Shown one piece after another: positions 29,131 through 34,067 of a DNA stretch of 34,067 nt. The first letter of the stretch is position 1, and the number at the start of each line of letters is the position of its first letter. The position numbers were made by a program, and so were the translations under genes. The notes under the pieces were generated by a model, which saw nothing but the letters and a program-made list of their open reading frames with translations, ran no database searches and was not told where the DNA came from. This DNA is from an uncultured Nitrososphaerota archaeon. GTDB lineage: Archaea > Asgardarchaeota > Njordarchaeia > Njordarchaeales > Panguiarchaeaceae. The DNA is taken from NCBI GenBank assembly GCA_964636085.1, contig CAZWPQ010000004.1, forward strand, positions 68,804 to 102,870. Reading direction: 5' to 3'.

Positions 29131-30270
29131 CTAGTGCCCCGTCTCGTATAGCTTGGCTATTCTATGAAGACCCTCCTCTAGTTCTTCTCTAGATTTTGCT
29201 ATTGTCACCCTTATCCATTCCGTCCATTCTCCACCAAAGTCTACTCCAGGAGCTACAGCAACTTTTTCTTCTTCTATTAGTCGGAGACAGAATTTTGCCG
29301 AGTCTACACCTGGGAGCCTAATAAATGCATAGATCCCACCCTTTGGCTCCACCATTTGAAGCGAATGTTCCCTCACAAACTTCCTTACATATTCTAGGTT
29401 TAATTTTAGGTGGTCTAGGTATCGTTTCAGGTAAATTTCCTCGAGCCTATCCTCCAGTACCCTACGAGCTACATACTGATTCACCGATGGGGGGGATATA
29501 TATGTATGTACTTGAGCAACAGCAAGGGATGCAATCATTTCTTTCCCCCCAACCACATATCCAACCCTCAGCCCAGTAAATGCGTATGTCTTGGATAAAG
29601 TAAACACGGAAAGTATATTCTCAAGACTGCCTAAAGATCCAATACTGATATGTCTGCCCTCAAACACATAATCCTCGTAAGCCTCATCAGAAATCAAAAT
29701 AACATTATGATCCTCAGAGAATTCGATGGCCTGCTTTAGAACATCCATGCTAAAAATGTGACCAGTAGGATTGGAGGGATAATTAAGCACTATAGCTTTC
29801 AGCTGGCCTCCTTTACTCCTTATTTTTTCATATATCTCCCTAAAAGATTCATAACTATACTCGGACTCTTTAAGCCTAACAATTCTAGCGCCTACGTACT
29901 CCGCAATTCCAGCATACCCAAACCATGATGGGCTCTGGATCAAAACATAACTACTATCCCCAGCTAAGAGTTTAAACGCAAAATTTATCGCCGCTGTCCC
30001 CCCCACAGTTACTAGCACATTGTCAACATCAGCTTCTATTCCATTTTTTCTCTTCAATTTTTCACATATAACTTCTCTTAAGCGAAGATCCCCATATGGC
30101 GATGTATACCTAACGTATCCACCTTTAAAAGCCTCAACGAAATACTTCTCTATTTCCACTGGAGGCGATGCGGATAACTCGCCCCATTGCAGCTCAATAA
30201 CCCCTCTCATTCTTTTTGCCTTTTCGGTGATAATATCTACATATAGGTCAAACTTAAGCGACCCAATCAC
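29131..30270 (-). CDS. PLP-dependent aminotransferase class I/II
   Basis: NYPSNPTG, ISDEAY, TLSKTYAFTGLRVG, PGVDFG, WIR. Confidence 0.9.
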   Translation of the reverse strand: MIGSLKFDLYVDIITEKAKRMRGVIELQWGELSASPPVEIEKYFVEAFKGGYVRYTSPYGDLRLREVICEKLKRKNGIEADVDNVLVTVGGTAAINFAFKLLAGDSSYVLIQSPSWFGYAGIAEYVGARIVRLKESEYSYESFREIYEKIRSKGGQLKAIVLNYPSNPTGHIFSMDVLKQAIEFSEDHNVILISDEAYEDYVFEGRHISIGSLGSLENILSVFTLSKTYAFTGLRVGYVVGGKEMIASLAVAQVHTYISPPSVNQYVARRVLEDRLEEIYLKRYLDHLKLNLEYVRKFVREHSLQMVEPKGGIYAFIRLPGVDSAKFCLRLIEEEKVAVAPGVDFGGEWTEWIRVTIAKSREELEEGLHRIAKLYETGH

Positions 30271-30825
30271 ATAACATCACCCATTAGTCCCTATCAAAGG
30301 TATCTTACAAAATTTTTAATGAATATGACGGTTGATACTTTCCCAGTTAACAGTCCTAGAAAGAATGACCACGTACAGTCTTTTTAACAAATCACCATGC
30401 TTGAGCCTCTCTCTTTTTCGTTGGATGCTAAATCGGCTTTCAGAAGTCTTACTAAAGCGGACACACATAACATTCCGACACTGTTAGGCAAAATTTTGCA
30501 TTAGTCGCGAAATACTTTATATACGCTCGCACCATAGTCGCAACATGAGAACTGTCGAGCTAGATACAAGGTCTTTCGTCCAATCAGCACACTCATCTAG
30601 ATAAAGTAGACAATCAGCATCGAGGCCGAAAACAAAAATATTTATAATGCAGGTGTTATTATGGTTTTCCCTCAGAATGTTTCATTGGGTTCGATTCCAA
30701 TTTGGGGGCTGGGAGATTCTAGAGTATTCCCATCAGTGCATGGTCTCTCTAGCGATGAAAAAACTCTAATCATTGAGGAGATTAAGAGAGTTGATGGGGA
30801 TAGTAATGGGAAAAATGAAAACACT

Positions 30826-31245
30826 TCAAAGGTCTTCAATTTTTATGTTTTTTTGTTTTAGCACATTTGCTAGAATATACAAATAGTTTTCTACATCATC
30901 TAGCTTTTCTCTTACAATTCTGCAGATTATCTCAAGATCTAATTTGAAGTATGCATGCGCTAATAAATGTCTAAATTTTGCTATTTTTATAAGTTCTTCT
31001 GTAAGATCCTCTGGAATAATCCCCTCATCCTTTAGTACTAAGAATACATCGGCATAGCTTTCAGGGACTCTAAGTTTTAGTTTTGATATGACCTTAAGCC
31101 CGAGATCTATCGAACCCTGAACCGCCATGTATAGATACCAGAGGATACTACCTAGAAGTTTTCTATCACTCCTCAGGACTTCGGGTGTTATATTCTTTTG
31201 CTCTCTAAGGAACTCCAATGCGTCGAGTATTCTTTCATAAATCAT
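30826..31245 (-). CDS. hepT: HEPN (DUF86/HepT-like) RNase toxin
   Basis: PESYADVF and FRHLLAHAY (Rx4HxY); overlaps the upstream MNT gene; start uncertain (up to 31287). Confidence 0.88.
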   Translation of the reverse strand: MIYERILDALEFLREQKNITPEVLRSDRKLLGSILWYLYMAVQGSIDLGLKVISKLKLRVPESYADVFLVLKDEGIIPEDLTEELIKIAKFRHLLAHAYFKLDLEIICRIVREKLDDVENYLYILANVLKQKNIKIEDL

Positions 31246-31651
31246 TACTACCAACTCTTGACCATAAAATTTCTCTAATAGCACCAATCAGTTCTAGAGC
31301 CTCCATAAGAGTCTGGAAGATAAAGTTTTCATGAAGTCTTTCGTCTCTACAGAATAATAGAATACCCTCCTTTATGACTTTATACCTGAAAAATGGAGGG
31401 GCATTGTTGAGAATCCGTAAATCTACTTCCCGGCCATCAATCCTCATGAATGCTAGAATTTTGAGATACTCCTCCATGTCACATTTTTTCTGATAGACCG
31501 CCACATCGATATCACTGAACCTATGATATTCTCGCCTAGCAAAAGAACCATACAAGTATGCGAAGACCACATTATCAAACTTCAGCAATATCTTTGTTAT
31601 ATAGTCCACAATCTCCTCAACATTCGATTCCCTCGTTTGAACTCTCCGCAT
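31235..31651 (-). CDS. mntA: Minimal nucleotidyltransferase antitoxin (MntA-like)
   Basis: YLYGSFARREYHRFSDIDVAV (GSx10DxD), VDLRILNNAP, VIKEG. Confidence 0.9.
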   Translation of the reverse strand: MRRVQTRESNVEEIVDYITKILLKFDNVVFAYLYGSFARREYHRFSDIDVAVYQKKCDMEEYLKILAFMRIDGREVDLRILNNAPPFFRYKVIKEGILLFCRDERLHENFIFQTLMEALELIGAIREILWSRVGSNDL

Positions 31652-32094
31652 TTTTAGCCCTACGCTGAACTAAAACACAAATCAATAATCAATCCATTAA
31701 ATAAAAGAGGATAAAGGACAATATAAAGGCTTACAAAAACAACAGGAAGTCTTGATTCTATTCTAAAAGATATGGCGACGAAAAGTGCTGGACGGATTAG
31801 TCAACATGCTCATCATCGATAGGCCACATAAAATGATAAAGACGCCAATAACTTTATAGTCTATATAGAACCTCCACAGCCTTATAATCCTAAATAGGAG
31901 CCTTGCATAGAGGATATTGGGAGCCAAGCATACCACACATAGATTAAAGCTGTATTCCGTGGGGTATAATTTAGCTAAAACCTTATAAATAAAATAAGGT
32001 GACATTATAAACGACCATCCAAGAGGCTCCTTAAGGCCACATATGAGTCGATGATAGGAGTCTCGAATCCCAAATGCCTCGATAAACACCACTC

Positions 32095-32148
32095 GGTGGT
32101 TAGGGCATAGAGGTAAGCAAAACAGATTGCTTCTATGCCCTAACTACC
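32095..32148. promoter_or_regulatory. Strong inverted repeat/hairpin upstream of the surface protein gene
   Basis: GGTGGTTAGGGCATAG (32095-32110) pairs with CTATGCCCTAACTACC (32133-32148): 16 bp with one G:T; inner AAGCAA/TTGCTT stem. The regulatory role is inferred. Confidence 0.55.
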
Positions 32149-32173
32149 ATCTATTAAAAGAGGGTGGTAGTCC

Positions 32174-34067
32174 ATGCGGGTGTCCACCCTCATGCTAATA
32201 GCAATATTGTTGTTCAGTCTCCTCGCTCAAGCCTATAGTATCTTTTGGGTAAGCACAAACCGGCAAGGAAAAAACAAGCAAGCAACACTAAAAATCGAAA
32301 AACAAACAACAAGCAAATACATAAAAACGCAACCTAGACAGGTAATACAAAAAGGGGGCAAAACCAAGCGAACTTTCCCTACGATCAAATGCATAGAACA
32401 AAAAATGGGTACATGTGCAATCAGCATCCGCGCAATAAGCGGGACACCACCACCAGCCAGCGGAAACTGGACAATAAATGATGTCACAGTCGTGGAGGGA
32501 GAAACACTAATAATAAACGGAAGCATAATAGTGAATAGCTCTGGAGCACTAGTACTCAAGAACACAATAATATATATGAACCTGACAGCGAATGGAGAGC
32601 ACTGGATCGATGTCTACGGCAACCTAACAATGATCGATTCGACTATAACAGCATACAATACGAGTAACAAATACTTTATCAGGGCCTTTAATGGGTCAAA
32701 AATAAGGATAGAGGGCAGCGAAATAAGCTATGCTGGGCCGGAATTCGGAACAAACGGCGACCACTCCGGATTATGGATAAACACAGAAAAAGCAACAATA
32801 GTAGGCACATACATACACCACAACTGGCACGGAATATATATCTACAAGGGAAACAACACACTAATAAGCTCATGCAGAATAGACAACAACACATACACAG
32901 GGATAATAACCAACAACGCAATCAACATCACAATAGAGAGCTCAAACATAACAAACAATGGAAAGTACGGAACATTCTTATCCCACTCTAACAACTGTAC
33001 AATCCACAACAACACTATACAGAACAACGGCGATTATGGGATATACCTCGTTTCCTCGGGCAACAACACTATATATGGAAACACAATACAGAGCAACGAC
33101 TATGGGATAGTCCTCTCTAGCTCGGACAACAATAATATATATGGAAACATAATACAGAACAACAACCATGATGGGATATACCTCTGGTACTCGGACAACA
33201 ACACTATATATGGAAACACAATACAGAACAACAAGGCTTATGGTATAGACTTCTGGTACTCGGACAACAACACTATATATGGAAACACAATACAGAACAA
33301 CAACTGGGATGGAATATTCTTCCGTTCCGCAGTCTTCCGTCCCTCAGGCAACAACACTATATATGGAAACACAATACAGAACAACAACTGGCATGGGATA
33401 CACCTCTATTCCTCGGTCTACAACATCATCATATATAATAACATAATACGAGATAATGGCGGTGATGGAATATGTGTAGACTCCAGCAATAGCAATAAAG
33501 TATATGGTAATACAATAGTCAATAACGATAGAGGTGTATATGTGTACAGTTCGAGTAATTGCCAAATATATAACAACACCCTGATTAGCAATGCTGGAGG
33601 GATATACCTAGCATCATCAAGTAGCAATACTATACAATACAACTTAGTGAATGATACCACCGTAAATGGGATAAAGCTATCATCATCAAACAACAATCTC
33701 ATAGCATACAACATAATCATCAACAGCCAACAATACGGCATAGCAATATACTCATCTACAGGAAACATAATATACCTCAACGACATAACAGACCCACCAT
33801 ACGACGACTCGACAGACAACACATATGACAACGGGACATACGGGAACTACTGGGGAATAAAGGGTCCAGACCAGAACAGAGACTGGATAATAGACACACC
33901 ACACACAATAAACGCAACAACAGGAACAAAAGACAACAAACCCCTACTCTACCCCATGGAAGCATTCTTATACACCGAGGAGGACTTCGACAACGACTAC
34001 CTAAACAATGGCGAGGAAAGAAACTATGGGACAAACCCATACAGTGTAGACTCCGACAGCGACGATT
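32174..34067 (+). CDS. Secreted right-handed beta-helix (NosD/CASH-like) surface protein with a thrombospondin type-3-like Ca-binding repeat; 3' end lies outside the window
   Basis: Not in the ORF track. Open for 631 codons from ATG 32174 (GGGTGG RBS) to the edge: signal peptide MRVSTLMLIAILLFSLLAQA, repeats NNTIYGNTIQNN..GI.L..S, GNYW cap motif, then DFDNDYLNNGEERNYGTNPYSVDSDSDD. Confidence 0.9.
   Translation, partial: MRVSTLMLIAILLFSLLAQAYSIFWVSTNRQGKNKQATLKIEKQTTSKYIKTQPRQVIQKGGKTKRTFPTIKCIEQKMGTCAISIRAISGTPPPASGNWTINDVTVVEGETLIINGSIIVNSSGALVLKNTIIYMNLTANGEHWIDVYGNLTMIDSTITAYNTSNKYFIRAFNGSKIRIEGSEISYAGPEFGTNGDHSGLWINTEKATIVGTYIHHNWHGIYIYKGNNTLISSCRIDNNTYTGIITNNAINITIESSNITNNGKYGTFLSHSNNCTIHNNTIQNNGDYGIYLVSSGNNTIYGNTIQSNDYGIVLSSSDNNNIYGNIIQNNNHDGIYLWYSDNNTIYGNTIQNNKAYGIDFWYSDNNTIYGNTIQNNNWDGIFFRSAVFRPSGNNTIYGNTIQNNNWHGIHLYSSVYNIIIYNNIIRDNGGDGICVDSSNSNKVYGNTIVNNDRGVYVYSSSNCQIYNNTLISNAGGIYLASSSSNTIQYNLVNDTTVNGIKLSSSNNNLIAYNIIINSQQYGIAIYSSTGNIIYLNDITDPPYDDSTDNTYDNGTYGNYWGIKGPDQNRDWIIDTPHTINATTGTKDNKPLLYPMEAFLYTEEDFDNDYLNNGEERNYGTNPYSVDSDSDD
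33062..33418 (+). repeat. Intragenic tandem repeat, 5 units of 66-84 bp (canonical 69 bp = 23 aa), plus a partial unit upstream
   Basis: Units start at 33062, 33128, 33197, 33266 and 33350; shared 36-bp core AACAACACTATATATGGAAACACAATACAGAACAAC; all in frame. Confidence 0.92.

Noticed and set aside
30684-30701. Complete tRNA gene (GGTTCGATTCC)
   Set aside because: No D or anticodon arm, and the T-stem register is off by one.
31763-32092. 109-aa minus-strand ORF as a real gene or transposase remnant
   Set aside because: No recognisable motif and no clear RBS.
33062-33418. CRISPR array (36-bp repeats with ~30-48-bp spacers)
   Set aside because: Unit lengths are multiples of 3 within an open frame, the spacers align with each other, and there are no cas genes in the window.
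32233-34040. Cys/Leu/Val-rich short ORFs in the track
   Set aside because: Antisense or off-frame shadows of the A/C-rich beta-helix gene.

Overview
Archaeal chromosomal window, probably from a thermophile (GGAGGTG/GGTG ribosome-binding sites, many GTG/TTG starts, heavy ATA and AGR codon use, archaeal markers Nre, MNT-HEPN and a C/D box sRNA). Finer taxonomy cannot be fixed from this window. In order: a truncated ANL adenylate-forming enzyme gene; a large membrane-anchored C25 (gingipain-like) protease; an unexplained 504-aa protein; a clan AA aspartic protease; a surface-glycan locus (AlkP-family enzyme, GT4, flippase, Thr-type sulfatase-like enzyme, rmlA, an atypical SDR, rmlD, rmlC); housekeeping genes (class II GATase, RibD-C reductase, moaD/moaE/mobB, SIS protein, nre, ATP-cone protein, yjbQ, Ca2+/cation antiporter, ttuA, moaB, moaC, aminotransferase); an MNT-HEPN toxin-antitoxin pair; and a secreted beta-helix surface protein that runs off the window. 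Notable items absent from the ORF track: a textbook dual-guide box C/D sRNA antisense to a gene end (24695-24746); 69-bp in-frame beta-helix repeats with near-invariant scaffolds and hypervariable NNC/NNT codons; competing hairpins over that gene's ribosome-binding site; a probable ATT start or +1 frameshift for mobB; and an intergenic H-type pseudoknot. All family calls are from motif recognition, not database searches.
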